Shown: positions 39,006 through 51,409 of the stretch, in pieces
Position numbering within the stretch: the stretch's first letter is position 1
How the letters are laid out: each line of letters opens with the position of its first letter
Source of the DNA: Macrostomum lignano
Lineage: Eukaryota
Reading direction: 5' to 3'
Length of the DNA: 64,000 nt
NCBI GenBank assembly: GCA_002269645.1
Contig: NIVC01002917.1
Coordinates: 66,213-130,212, forward strand
Translations under genes and position numbers: made by a program
Notes under the pieces: model-generated
Told to the model about the DNA's origin: nothing
Databases searched by the model: none
What the model saw: the letters and a program-made list of their open reading frames with translations, nothing else

Positions 39006-39723
39006 GGGTCCACCCCAACTGCTAGCCGGAAAACTGCCAGCCGGAAAACTGCCAGCCGACAATTGCCAGCCGAGAAAACTGCCAGCCGGAAAACTGCCAG
39101 CCGACAACTGCCAGCCGGACAAGTGCTAGCTGGAGTACCACTAATGCAGACAGCTGTAAAAAATATAGCTCGGACTACGTCATCCGTGCCGAAAGCTACT
39201 GCCCCCAACCTTTACCTGTCTAGGACGTCCTGCTCACCATGCAGGGCCTGTTCAGGCGGGGCCAGGCTCAAACTCAGCGATATGTGGACTCACTGGACTG
39301 TTTGCTGTGCGACGCCAATGCGCTGGACACCGCCGGCGGGTGGACTTCGTTCTCTTGCTAGCCCTGCGGCGAGCCATTGGACACTGCCCCTATTTCTGTA
39401 ACTCTTGGGCTAATGTAATTTATTGTTCATGTTTTTTCTATAGCTCGTATTAGAAGCTATTCTACGGGGCTTTAGCTCGTAAATCAGTGGCGTAACTCGT
39501 AATTCAGTGCTTGAAATTTAAAATAAACTGTCTACATTACACGCTCAGACTTGTAATAGGTAGAAAATTTGCACAGCAGAACTTTTCCTTTTAATAAAAC
39601 TGAAGTGTGACTAACAGAATTTATTTGAATTCAATCGAATTTTGCTGACCTACAAAGCAAGAACTGTTTGTCGGCTGGCAGTTGTCGGCTGGCAGTTTTC
39701 CGGCTGGCAGTTGGGGTGCTCCC
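39006..39723. mobile_element. Non-autonomous Mutator-like element, 718 bp, 9-bp TSD
   Basis: TSD GTCTTTATC at 38997-39005 and 39724-39732; TIRs GGGTCCACCCCAACTG and CAGTTGGGGTGCTCCC; subterminal AACTGCCAGCCG repeats inverted between the two ends. Confidence 0.88.
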
Positions 39724-39943
39724 GTCTTTATCGAAGTTGTAGCTTCTGAATAATGAGCTTTTTATCTCGTGAAAAAAAACTGCACGATTACATAGTTTGC
39801 AATAAGTCCGACCAAAATATTAGCTTTTTAAAGATAAATCGACAGACCCACCCGGGCTGATCTGACGGTAAAAAATGACAAAAGTCAACCCTCAGTGCCA
39901 GCTGCCAATGCCAACAGTAAGTTAAACGGATTGTATTCTGAGT

Positions 39944-39966
39944 AAAACGGCCCCTTTAAGGACTAG
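39944..39966 (+). other. Degenerate orphan histone-type stem-loop 2
   Basis: AAAAC-GGCCCCTTTAAGGACT; preceded by sequence homologous to that before orphan 1. Confidence 0.5.
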
Positions 39967-41999
39967 CAACTATTAACAAATTGCTGCTCCTTACACTCGA
40001 CTTTTGTAACGCTTTGGTCGCTATTTGACACTGAATTGCAAACTGTCACTAACTCGCTACCGGAGTATTTCGATACAAATAATTAATTTCAGCGTTTGGG
40101 CCCAGAAATTCTCGCGGAATGCAATTACAATGCAATTCCGTCTTCCACTTCACAAGTCTCTTAGTGTACGGACTGAAAAAGCTCAGGAAGTTTGAAGTCA
40201 GGAAGTCCATGCAAGAATGATGTATGTGTATGCATAAAACAAATTAAGGCGACTGTTATTGTAATAGAAACAGACAACCCAAGTTACTATTGCGTCGACT
40301 GTTTCAAAAAAGTTCTTTGAATCGTTCTTTGAAAGTTTTTCGAATGTTCATTATTTGCCTACTGTCAGTAGCGTATAACGTAAACTTAAAGAATACCATA
40401 ATATCGGCAATAAATTCCGAAACGATCATTTTTAAATCAATTTTGAAATGTAGATGTAAATGTGCATGCAATTATTAACTTTTATTACCTACTGTAATTA
40501 GCGACTTACCAAGGTACAGTAGGTCAGTTAGTAACTGAGTGATTAGTAATTGATTTGATTTGATTTAATTTTTGTCTTAATTTTGTAGCAGTATGCATTT
40601 TTCGAAAATTTTATCGTGGGAATAGCTAGAATTAGACTTAAGATTTTAGAATTAGGAAAATTTTACAAGGCCTGTATGAGACCACAGCCAAGTGCATGCA
40701 CGTAGAAAATAAAACAAACTAATTTCAACCGATGGACATATCTGAAGGATATTATTTTATTTAAAGCTCTGATACACACGAATCAAAATATGCAGCCCTC
40801 AATTGGGCCGCTTTTACGAGAAATGATGAAGTACAAAAAATCACATGAGCGTATATTCGACCACAGGATATAGCTGTATATAAATTACTCATTTAAAAAT
40901 CTAAAATGAATATAAATGAAAAATTATCTAATTCGGTATTAATTGTTCATAATATTAATAAACAAAATTGAGCGAAAAATCCGCACAACATTAGCGCGTG
41001 TAGTAGTGGAATACTAAATTCGTTGAGGGACAATTTTAAAGAGCTCCAATGCATTACTAAGATACAAAGCGATCAAAGTTTAATATACAGCACAGCTGCA
41101 ATAGCACACCAGCAAAATTCAGGTAGTTTTGGTAAGCAATTGAAAAATAAACAAATCGAAGTTAGCTTTTGTGTTACTTTCCAAATTCAAAAGATAATTG
41201 AAATCTTATTCCGGCTTTACAGTTATTATAAAAATGAGATGATCCACCAGGAATCAAATCAAGCATTTACACGTAATTATTTGCAATAAAATTCACACGT
41301 CAAAACTTATCTGATATTGATTAAAATCCATTATCTGAACAGTTCAGTAATGTTGATATTTTAAAAGAATTGCCAACAAAAATGTTGCGACTTCGTGAAA
41401 AACATTATAAAGAACAAGTTATTTGTATCTTTAATTTTCCCAAAAAGTAGCTGTGCTTAAAGTAAAATTTTTTTGTCAAGAGTGCCGTAGCGAAATCTAT
41501 ATTGCCTAAAGTAGATATGAAATAGAAATAGAAATAGAATAAAAATAGAATTAAATAATTGAACGAACTACATGTAGTTGAATCTACATGTAGTTGAAGA
41601 TTTTCATCAAGCGATAATTTCCGTAATTATGGACTATATATAGATTTCTTATGAAGAGTGCACTTCAAATAAAAATAATCAACAAAGGAAGACGAACACG
41701 TTAAAAAGTAATGTACTTCAATGTAGGCATTGAAGAAAACCTACATGTACACATCTTTTACATGCACCTGTGAAAAACTGGCGGCGCCTTACTTATGGGA
41801 CAATCGCAGGGCAATTCTACTTTAGGGAAAGTGGTAATGATGCCTAATGCTTATTGATTTTTATGGGCTATGCTATCGTCTATTATTCCTATTTTAAGCG
41901 ACTGTCTCCTCACTGCTAGACCCCACTACAAAACCGACAATGTGCCCAGATCAAAAGTACACATAAAAGTAGAAACAAAAAGAACGGGAGAGCCTATGC

Positions 42000-42719
42000 T
42001 TAATGCTGTGCAGCCTGCGGCTTGGCAGCTAATCTCTCCGCCAGGCTGAGATCCTCGCGCAGGCCCTGCACCGTGTCTTTCAGCTTCCGGTACCGCCTGT
42101 CGATGTCAGCCGGCTGCTCCGGCAGGCGCTGCTTCTCCAAAAGGCAGCGCAGGTCGGCCAGCTCGGTCTCCACATTGGCCAGCTGGCTGAGCGACTTGCG
42201 CAACAGCTGGCGATTCTCGCCGGCCTCCCGGACCTGCCCGGCCGCCGCCGCCTGCCGGTCCCGCTGCCAGGTGTCTAGCGCCCACAGGCTCGCCAGCGCC
42301 AGGTCGGAGCCGACCCGCTCAGCATCTGCTGCCGCCTCGCCGCCGTCCGCCTCGTCCAGGCAGAGCCGGGGCCGGCCGGCGCCGCCCATGCGGAGCAGGT
42401 GCTCCAGAGCGGAGCGTCCGGCCGCTGCCAGGCCGGCCAGCCGGCGCTCCGACTCGGCCAGGCGTTCCCGCAGCTCAGAGCGCTCTTGGCCGAGGCGCAA
42501 CGCCTGGGCGGACAGCTCGGCCGCTTCCTGCCTGGCCGCAGTTGTCCTGCCGTGCGCGGCGGCCAGTTCGGCATCGCGGTCGGACAAGCTGCGCTGAAGG
42601 CGCTCCAGCTCGGCCGCCTGGGCCTTGCGAAGGCCTTCAAGCAGGCGGCGCTCCTCCTCGGCGCCGCGAGCCTCTTCGGCAGCCCGGCTGACTCTGTCGG
42701 CGGCGTCGCGGCCGGCGCC
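42000..42719 (-). CDS. CEP128: CEP128-like, exon 7 (terminal)
   Basis: tttcaag|GGC, phase 0, 720 nt open to TAA at 42000; coiled-coil. Confidence 0.85.
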   Translation of the reverse strand, partial: GAGRDAADRVSRAAEEARGAEEERRLLEGLRKAQAAELERLQRSLSDRDAELAAAHGRTTAARQEAAELSAQALRLGQERSELRERLAESERRLAGLAAAGRSALEHLLRMGGAGRPRLCLDEADGGEAAADAERVGSDLALASLWALDTWQRDRQAAAAGQVREAGENRQLLRKSLSQLANVETELADLRCLLEKQRLPEQPADIDRRYRKLKDTVQGLREDLSLAERLAAKPQAAQH

Positions 42720-42778
42720 CTTGAAAGGGTTTGGAGGTTGGGGAAAAGGTTGGGGTTAAAGTGATGGAAAACTTGATG

Positions 42779-43380
42779 GAGGAGTGCAGAGTGACCCAAT
42801 TCCATCAGCCAGGTGGTGAGGAGTGCAGAGTGACCCAATTCCATCAGGCAGGTGGTGAGGAGTGCAGAGTGACCCAATTCCATCAGCCAGGTGGTGAGGA
42901 GTGCAGAGTGACCCAATTCCATCAGCCAGGTGGTGAGGAGTGCAGAGTGACCCAATTCCATCAGGCAGGTGGTGAGGAGTGCAGAGTGACCCAATTCCAT
43001 CAGGCAGGTGGTGAGGAGTGCAGAGTGACCCAATTCCATCAGCCAGGTGGTGAGGAGTGCAGAGTGACCCAATTCCATCAGCCAGGTGGTGAGGAGTGCA
43101 GAGTGACCCAATTCCATCAGCCAGGTGGTGAGGAGTGCAGAGTGACCCAATTCCATCAGCCAGGTGGTGAGGAGTGCAGAGTGACCCAATTCCATCAGCC
43201 AGGTGGTGAGGAGTGCAGAGTGACCCAATTCCATCAGCCAGGTGGTGAGGAGTGCAGAGTGACCCAATTCCATCAGGCAGGTGGTGAGGAGTGCAGAGTG
43301 ACCCAATTCCATCAGGCAGGTGGTGAGGAGTGCAGAGTGACCCAATTCCATCGGCCAGGTGGTGAGGAGTGCAGAGTGAC
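42779..43380. repeat. 39-bp minisatellite filling CEP128 intron 6
   Basis: (GAGGAGTGCAGAGTGACCCAATTCCATCAGCCAGGTGGT)n, about 15 copies. Confidence 0.96.
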
Positions 43381-43399
43381 TCAGTCCCTACTAGCCTAC

Positions 43400-43793
43400 C
43401 TGAATCCGCTCTCGCTTCTCCCGGTGCGCCTGCCTGGCGGTCTCCTGCGCGGTGGCCAGATGTCGCCGAATTTCGGCCAGCTGTTCCTCCTTGTCCCGAC
43501 GCTCCTGACCGAGCTGGCGGAGCAGGGCCTCCTTTTCTTTGGCTAAGGTGGCGTTGCGCTTGGCGGCCTCCTCAGCCTGCTGCCTGCTGGCCTGTCCGCC
43601 AGCCGTGAGGTCGGCGCACAGAGCCTGCAGCTCGCCGCGCTCCCGCTGCAGAGAGCGGGCCTCCGTCTGCAACGATTTGAGCTGCTCCTCCAGGCTCGAG
43701 CACCGGCACTCGGCGGATGTCAGGCGCTCTTCGAGGCGGGCGCTGACCTCCCGGTTAGCGTTTAGCGCGTGATCCCGGGACTCACAGTCGAAC
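43400..43793 (-). CDS. CEP128: CEP128-like, exon 6
   Basis: cccag|G...CAG|gtaggc, 394 nt, phase 2 to 0. Confidence 0.88.
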
Positions 43794-43824
43794 CTGGGCA
43801 GAGAGAAAAGTGGAAACTAGGAAT

Positions 43825-45112
43825 CTGGCACCTCACTGAGCCACTGCATCCTTGTGGCACCTCACTGAGCCACTGCATCCTTGTGGCACCTCACTGAGCC
43901 ACTGCATCCTTGTGGCACCTCACTGAGCCACTGCATCCTTGTGGCACCTCGCACTGAGCCACTTCATCCTTGTGGCACCTCACTGAGCCACTGCATCCTT
44001 GTGGCACCTCGCACTGAGCCACTGCATCCTTGTGGCACCTCACTGAGCCACTGCATCCGTGTGGCACCTCACTGAGCCACTGCATCCTTGTGGCACCTCA
44101 CTGAGCCACTGCATCCTTGTGGCACCTCACTGAGCCACTGCATCCTTGTGGCACCTCACTGAGCCACTGCATCCTTGTGGCACCTCACTGAGCCACTGCA
44201 TCCTTGTGGCACCTCGCACTGAGTCACTGCATCCTTGTGGCACCTCGCACTGAGCCACTTCATCCTTGTGGCACCTCACTGAGCCACTGCATCCTTGTGG
44301 CACCTCGCACTGAGCCACTGCATCCTTGTGGCACCTCACTGAGCCACTGCATCCTTGTGGCACCTCACTGAGCCACTGCATCCTTGTGGCACCTCACTGA
44401 GCCACTGCATCCTTGTGGCACCTCACTGAGCCACTGCATCCTTGTGGCACCTCACTGAGCCACTGCATCCTTGTGGCACCTCACTGAGCCACTGCATCCT
44501 TGTGGCACCTCGCACTGAGCCACTGCATCCTTGTGGCACCTCGCACTGAGCCACTGCATCCTTGTGGTACCTCACTGAGCCACTGCATCCGTGTGGCACC
44601 TCACTGAGCCACTTCATCCTTGTGGCACCTCACTGAGCCACTGCATCCGTGTGGCACCTCACTGAGCCACTGCATCCTTGTGGCACCTCGCACTGAGCCA
44701 CTGCATCCTTGTGGCACCTCGCACTGAGCCACTGCATCCCTGTGGCACCTCTCTGATCCACCACACCGGAAATGATCCCTCACTGACCCACCACACCGGA
44801 AAAGATCCCTCACTGACCAACCACACAGGAAAAGATCCCTCACTGACCAACCACACCGGAAAAGATCCCTCACTGACCAACCACACCGGAAAAGATCCCT
44901 CACTGATCCACCACACCAGAAAAGATCCTTCACTGACCAACCACACCGGAAAAGATCCCTCACTGACCAACCACACCGGAAAAGATCCCTCACTGACCAA
45001 CCACACCGGAAAAGATCCCTCACTGACCAACCACACCGGAAAAGATCCCTAACTGATCCACAACACCGGAAAAGATCCTTCACTGATCCACCACACCGGA
45101 GATGATCCCTCA
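43825..45112. repeat. Two abutting minisatellites filling CEP128 intron 5: 29/31-bp (CACTGAGCCACTGCATCCTTGTGGCACCT)n, then 30-bp (CCACACCGGAAAAGATCCCTCACTGACCAA)n
   Basis: Directly visible; switch at about 44752. Confidence 0.96.
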
Positions 45113-45124
45113 CGCATCTCTCAC

Positions 45125-45291
45125 CGGAACTTATCGGCGTCCTTTCTAGCCGAGTTGAGCTCCTCGCGCAGCTGGTACTTGTCCTGCCTGAGCTGGTCAG
45201 CCTCCGCCTCGCGCTGGGCGAGCTGCGACTCTTGCTTCACTGTGGTGGCCAGCAGATTCTCAAGCTCCTTGCGCATTACCTCCGTCTGCGC
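45125..45291 (-). CDS. CEP128: CEP128-like, exon 5
   Basis: atacag|GCG...CG|gtgaga, 167 nt, phase 0 to 2. Confidence 0.88.
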
Positions 45292-45668
45292 CTGTATTTT
45301 GGCGTTAAAAAATTGAAAGGGTTGAGACAATTGAATTTCTTAAAGTTGTTGAAAATTGATTATTCAAAATCTTCTCCAAGCCCAAGTTACAGAGACTGTA
45401 CATTCATGACCATACAAGAAAGTCAGGGCAGCTGAAAAGGGGCACGACTGCTTGCCTTCTCCTTGGCTGTGAGTGGACTGTAGCCTAACCAATCATTAAG
45501 GGTTTTATTAGTATTTTCTCTCGGAACAATCTAGCTTGAAAAACATTGTCTCTTGGCCAAAGCTGTATTTCTATAATACTGACATCTGTGCACAATGGAG
45601 CGATTTATACATAGTGAAATTCCTGAATTCCTACTATCAGTAGCTGATCTCTAGTTGCAGATTTTTAC

Positions 45669-45849
45669 CTGGTGCGCAGCCAGCTGCCTGCGCGTCGCCT
45701 CCAGCTCGCCGTTGAGCCTTTGCGCCCGGCTGCTGCTGTCGCTGTTGCTCTCAGACAGCCGCAGCGAGTCGCGCTTGGCCGCCTCCGTCAGCTCCTGGAA
45801 TTCGCGGGCCCGAGACTCGGCCCGGTTCCGCTCCTCGGCCAGCTCAGAT
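45669..45849 (-). CDS. CEP128: CEP128-like, exon 4
   Basis: ttccag|A...CAG|gtaaaa, 181 nt, phase 2 to 0. Confidence 0.88.
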
Positions 45850-46152
45850 CTGGAAATAGCGTTCGTTGAAAGTATTCATTTAGCAATGGAGCTCCGTCTG
45901 GAGCAGTTGAATTGTGTGCGCCGAAAACTGGTCCTACAGACTTCGGTTTCTATAAGGATGGGAGCTTAAATTGATGCTTTCCTGAGAGCCTTCTAAAGTT
46001 CACTATTGTGACTTAAATATATCAGCACCTTCCATTGAGCTTTGGCATCTCAGCATCCCGATTCCCGGTTATTCACTCTTGAGCATTTAGTGAGTTAAGT
46101 TTGGTGGAATTGAATTTTAGGAAAAGTGCATCCTAAACTTGCACTTTGCGGA

Positions 46153-46430
46153 GGGGGTTGCAGCCTAGTGATTAGAACGTTGAACTCACGACTGAAGGTC
46201 GAGGGTTCGATTCTCGACCCACTCGGAACAATTTGTGTCCTTGAGCAACACACTTAACTCTGCATTGCTTCAGTTTATCCAGCTGTAAAATGGGTGCCAG
46301 CATCAGCTGGGGTAATTGAGGGTGTGTGTGGTGACCCCCCAGTCCTTGGACTGAACAGCCGTACGCAGCCTTCAGATGCGCCGCGCAATAGCTGCGGCTG
46401 AGCTGTCCGTTGCACATCTGGCCATTAGGC
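46153..46430 (+). mobile_element. tRNA-derived CORE-SINE in CEP128 intron 3
   Basis: Head, CORE segment and 3' domain present. Confidence 0.9.
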
Positions 46431-46500
46431 TCTAATTTACGAGTATATCCTAACTTGAATCGGCAAGAATCAGAATCGAGTCCAACAGCGCAAATTTTAC

Positions 46501-46879
46501 CTGAGGCTGCGCGCCTCTCGTTCAGCAGCTGCCGCCCGCTCCTGCTCCGCCTCGGCTTGAACTCGGTGCTCGCGCAGCTCCCGCTCGGCTGCCTCGACGC
46601 GTCGCTGCGCCTCCCGATGCTGGCGCTCCTCCTGAGCCAGCCGGTCTCCCGCGGCGCGCGCCTCATCGGCTGCGCGGCGCAGCTGGGCGCTCCGATCGTC
46701 GAACTGGCTCTGCAGGCTGGCGTTCTGCTTCTGCAGATCGTCGCGCTGTCGCTCGGCTCGTTCGCGATTCCTTCGCTCCTCTTCAATCTCTGCCAGCGGC
46801 ACCGAGCGGGACAGGCGGGCCCGCAGCTCGACGGCCTCCTCGGCGTAGCGGGACTTCTCAGTGGACAGGCTGCGCTCCT
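46501..46879 (-). CDS. CEP128: CEP128-like, exon 3
   Basis: caacag|AG...AG|gtaaaa, 379 nt, phase 1 to 2; E/R/Q-rich coiled-coil. Confidence 0.88.
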
Positions 46880-46979
46880 CTGTTGTTGGCGCAGAGGGTG
46901 AGATGCAGAATTTAAAAGTTGTTAAACTTGTTGTTTACCGAGCCTAAGAATTTTGACGTGTACTGGCGCCAAGCAATTG

Positions 46980-47160
46980 AGGATCTGGGAGGCTGGCTGT
47001 TCAGCCTGAGGATCTCGGGGGCTGGATGCTCAGCCTGAGGATCTGGGAGGCTGACTGCTTAGTCTGAGGATCTGGGAGGCTGGCTGCTCAGCCTGAGGAT
47101 CTGGGAGGCTGGCTGCTCAGCCTGAGGATCTGGGAGACTGGCTGTTTAGCCTGAGGATCT
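46980..47160. repeat. 29-bp minisatellite (GAGGATCTGGGAGGCTGGCTGCTCAGCCT)n
   Basis: About 6 imperfect copies in CEP128 intron 2. Confidence 0.88.
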
Positions 47161-47249
47161 GTAAATGCACGCGCCGAAATTTCAAATTTAATTTAGAACC
47201 AGACTGAGTGGCAAGGTAAGGGCAATCGATCCCCAAACTCAGCCCTCAC

Positions 47250-48135
47250 CCTGAGCGCGCAGCGCTTTCTCCTTGGACTCGAACTCCTGGCACAGCTCCT
47301 GAATTCGCGTCTCCAAAGCGCGCCGTTCCGACTCGACGCGGCAGAACAGCGCCTTGTACTCCTCCAGCTCGTTCGACAGACAGTTCCTGGCGCCCTCCGC
47401 CTCCCGCACCCGGTTTCGCGCCGCCTCTAGCTCCTCCTCGGCCGACGACTTCGCCGCTTCCAACTCGTCGACCCTGGAGCGGAATAGGACCTCCTCCGGC
47501 GAGAGGCCCGGCGGCGGGGGCGGCGGCATCGGCGGCCCGCCTGGAGTTGTTGGCAGCGGTGGCGGCGTGGCGGACCCGTGGCGCCGCTGGGTCAGGTCGT
47601 GCAGCGCGGCGCGCAGCGACTCCGACAGGCGCAGGCCGGTGCCGCCACCATGGCGGCCGAACGCCGCCGCGGAGGTTTCTTCACCGCCGCTGCCACCGCC
47701 GCCTCCAAGACGATGCCGTTCCTGGCGAAGCTCCTCGCTGGCCTCCGCCAAGCGCTGCTGCACCTCCCGGGAGGTGGCGCGCGGGCTCGGCGCTCGTTCA
47801 GCGGCGCGCACCCGGTCGAGCTCCTCGCGAAGCAGGCGGGCCTCATCTGGCGACGGTTTCAAGCGGAGCTCCTCGCGCAGTCGGCTCTGCTCGGTGCCGA
47901 GGTCGCGCAGCCGCTGGTGCACCTCATGAAGCTCCTCGGTGCTGCCAGCGCCGCCCGCCCCGGCGCCGTTCAGAAACCGAACAGAGGAGGCGCGGCGCAT
48001 GTGGCTGCCCGGATCCATGGCAGACGAGGCCGCCGCCGCTGTCGCGACGTTCGGGCTGGACGCGTAGGGCGTCTGCTGGCCGAGACGACTGGCCAGTCGG
48101 ACCTCGCTGGTGACTCGGTGCAGGTCCTCCTTCAG
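47250..48135 (-). CDS. CEP128: CEP128-like, exon 2
   Basis: taaaag|CTG...CAGG|gtgagg, 886 nt, phase 0 to 1. Confidence 0.88.
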
Positions 48136-48474
48136 CTTTTAAACGAGAAGAAACATGACGGATGGTTATCACTTGCTAGGGAATGTGTTGTGCTACAAGC
48201 TACAAAGATCACTTATTGCTATGGAGCTATCTAGGTTATTTCTGCAACATGAAAATAATAAGCAACGAAACATTTTCAAAACACTCTACTCTACTAAAAG
48301 TAGAGTACGATTAGTGAATCGGCTACAATGGCGTTTTTAGATTTTCGACTCGGATTTCTATATGTAGGACAGGATGCTTTGTTTTTTTAAAAAAGTGTAG
48401 AAAGCTACTGAGGCAGTCAATTTTTATTACTAAATTTGGTGCTTGATAAGTTAAGAGTATAATGCTCGCCTCAC

Positions 48475-48675
48475 CCGATTCATATCTGCAGCCTGCCGAT
48501 CAGTGGTATTTCTGTACAATGCCATGAGTTTATCGATAGACCTCAAATTCCTGTTGGTGTCCACTAGCACTGTATTAAGCGTAGACAGCTGCCCGCCAAC
48601 GGACTGTGGCGGCGGGTAGGAGCTGGGCTCTGAATCGTACTGGTTTGAGTCAGAGTCGGGCAATAAATCATCCAT
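48475..48675 (-). CDS. CEP128: CEP128-like, exon 1 (ATG at 48675)
   Basis: TLNTVLVDTNRNLRSIDKLMALYR resembles the human CEP128 N-terminus TITSTLQDTSRNLRQVDQMLGRYR (recalled); donor CGG|gtgagg. The seven exons total 2928 nt, about 975 aa, with consistent phases. Confidence 0.85.
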
Positions 48676-49028
48676 ACCATAGCTTGCACAGTGTGGCCAC
48701 ACTTGGAAATTTCAGTGAACTAGGCCTAAATCAGCATGGCCGTGAAATGATAGATTTTCTTTGTTTCTCATGCATTTCATTAAGACCATTTGACAATTAT
48801 TTGGATCTTAAATTGTGGAATAAAGATAATATTAATTTCTCTTTTATAGAAAATCCTAAATATTCCTGATACTTCTATATATTAGCAATAAACTTATATA
48901 TGTAGAAAAGCTCAGTCACTGTCAGTTTTTGTAAATAAACTATCAATATCTAATATTAAATAAAACAAATTAATACATGAAGTGATATAGAAAAAACCAA
49001 CTTTGTACTGAAATTAAAGAAATTTGTA

Positions 49029-49932
49029 CTAGCAGAGCCTGCATTGGTTAGTTAATTGTTGGGGCTAGGTTTTAAATTATTAAATTTATAAAAAGTGAGA
49101 CAACTACAGGATACAACGCAACTGATTTTTTCTGTCTATTTCGGTGTGTTGATATTTTCTGAGGAGGGGCGTACAATTAGATGATCATGAAATCTAAAAA
49201 TTAATAATTAGAATTAGAGTATTTAATTTTAAGGTCATCATCAAAACGCATTAATTTTCGATGAAAAATTCATGCACTCTTAACATAAAGTAATCTGTCA
49301 ATTTTTAACAAAGTAAGACTGGTAGTACTAAATGTTAAGTTTACTTGACGTCGACAATTACAAAAAACAAGGAAGACAAACTGCGACTGCGAGTTTACGA
49401 CGACTGCAATCTAAAATGAAGCAGAATTTCATGTTAAATATTGCCTTTATCGCTATAAAAAGATTCAGTATTTCAAAGTTAGATACAAAGCATTGTGTTT
49501 TTATAAGTTTTAAAAACATTATTTAAGTACACAAAAAACATTTTTTTAAAATTATAGTTTTATACAGCTACTTAGTTATAAATGATGTATTTTTTAACAC
49601 CGTTAAATTCTCGTTTTTAAACCGCTGGTTAAAATACGATGTGAATATTCCTGAATAGTTGATAAGGACTACTCATTGCTCAAATAGAACGGTAAACTAC
49701 CGTTTCTTGGAAAATATGAGAGGCGGGTTTTATCTAAAAGTTACAATACGGAGATAGATTTTTATTTCATCAGCACAAAAATATATTGATATTGCTTTTG
49801 ACAAGAGGCAGACCCAATGTTCAATTTTCGGTGTCTTGCCTTTCTTATAACTCTATTGATATTTGTGAAGATTTCTAATCGATTATGTGCATACATACAT
49901 ACATAAAAACTTTTCAGGTTTAGTAATATAGA
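49029..49932 (-). mobile_element. Non-autonomous Helitron-like relic
   Basis: Minus-strand 5' end A|TCTATATTACTAAACCTGAAAAGTTTTTATGTATGTATGTATG; possible 3' end GCAGGCTCTGCTAG|T at 49029 with a weak hairpin. Confidence 0.45.
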
Positions 49933-51409
49933 TTACTTTTTTTACAGAATATACAATTTTATCCCAGATTTTGAACAGTTTTCATTACTCATCTACTGTA
50001 CAAAAAGTTTTCAGAAGAGATGGCAAAAGTGATAGTGTCGTATCGCGTGACGATGTTTTATTTTATTTTATCGATTGACTAACAATGCTTCATTGAGCGT
50101 GACTAGTGTGTGCGTTCTTTTAAAACCCCTTGTGCTTTTATGCATCAATTATTCTTACGTTCGCTTGTACCAAAAATATAAAAGTCGTCTAGTGAGCTCA
50201 GAGCTCAATACTTTTTGATTTCTCGCACTAACCACTATAGAGTTGTTCCAATAAGGAGCAGACTACAGTTTGTAGTCCTGATGTCCACCATTGAGTAGTA
50301 ATTAAAAAGCGACGAAATCTCAAGTTGATTTGTATGAACAAAAACGTCCAGTGGTGTATACACTCGTAACTAAATGTTACACACTCCAATCAACATGATA
50401 TACATGTACTCGTATATTTAATTAGTAACTAAACACAAAAAAACTAAAATGGAATAAAAATACGGCACTGGCAAACACATTTAATAGCTGGCTTGGAGAA
50501 CAAGTTAGAAAAAAGGACAAAATTTCTAGCACAAAGACTTATAACTAAGTAGCAGTCATCTATCATTAGTTTACTAAACTATGCATAGAAATACAATAAA
50601 ACACAATCAAATTGCACGATCTCAATAAGAAACAAATAAAATTATGAAAACGCAAGTAAAAAAGGAACGAGATTTCTTAATTAAATGAAAGATTCATCTG
50701 TTATCGGTAGGTTTGAAAGTCGATTGAAAATTTGAGCAGATAAAAAATAACTTTCTACACAGAAAACAGAGAATAAACTTAATCTTGTTACTATACAATA
50801 CTTTATTAAGCTATCTTAATGTCAATTAAAGACTTGGAATGCCCAAGAACCAGCAAAAAAGAATAGAAAAACGCAGTTATTTTATTTAATGAGTAGTACA
50901 TGTAGCATTAAGGCTAAAAACATAAAAAATTAGACAAAACAAACAAAAAGCACTCAGGACTAATATCAGTAGTAGCTAACAGAGCACGGCAATAAAAAAG
51001 CTTTTTTTGCTAAAACAAACACAACCAAATAGTCTCAGATACGAGCATAGTGCCAAGCGTAATGCTTGAAATTTAAGCAGCTAAAAAACAAGGTCAAGGA
51101 AACTAAGATAAGTTATCGTTTCTCCTATCTCTTTAATGTATATTCTTCTAGATGAAGTTTTCTTCTTTTTAGTTCGTCTATAGTAAAACCCTATTTGATG
51201 CAATGCATTCCGCAAAAAACTGTTCAGAGTACACACCATACTGTCGCTTTTTTCTAATTTCAACAGGTTTTAAAAATAAAACTTATAAATACACCTCCGC
51301 TCGAACACACCATATCAGAAGTCCTGAAGGTAAGATATTAACAGTTTTGTGAGATTAAGGCTTCAACAATAAAAGAACCGACCTGTCAACCATAAAAAGC
51401 CTCATAGGA

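Noticed and set aside
42275-43351. ORF with repeated MELGHSALLTTWL as a repeat protein
   Set aside because: It is the 39-bp intronic array read into exon 7 in the wrong frame.
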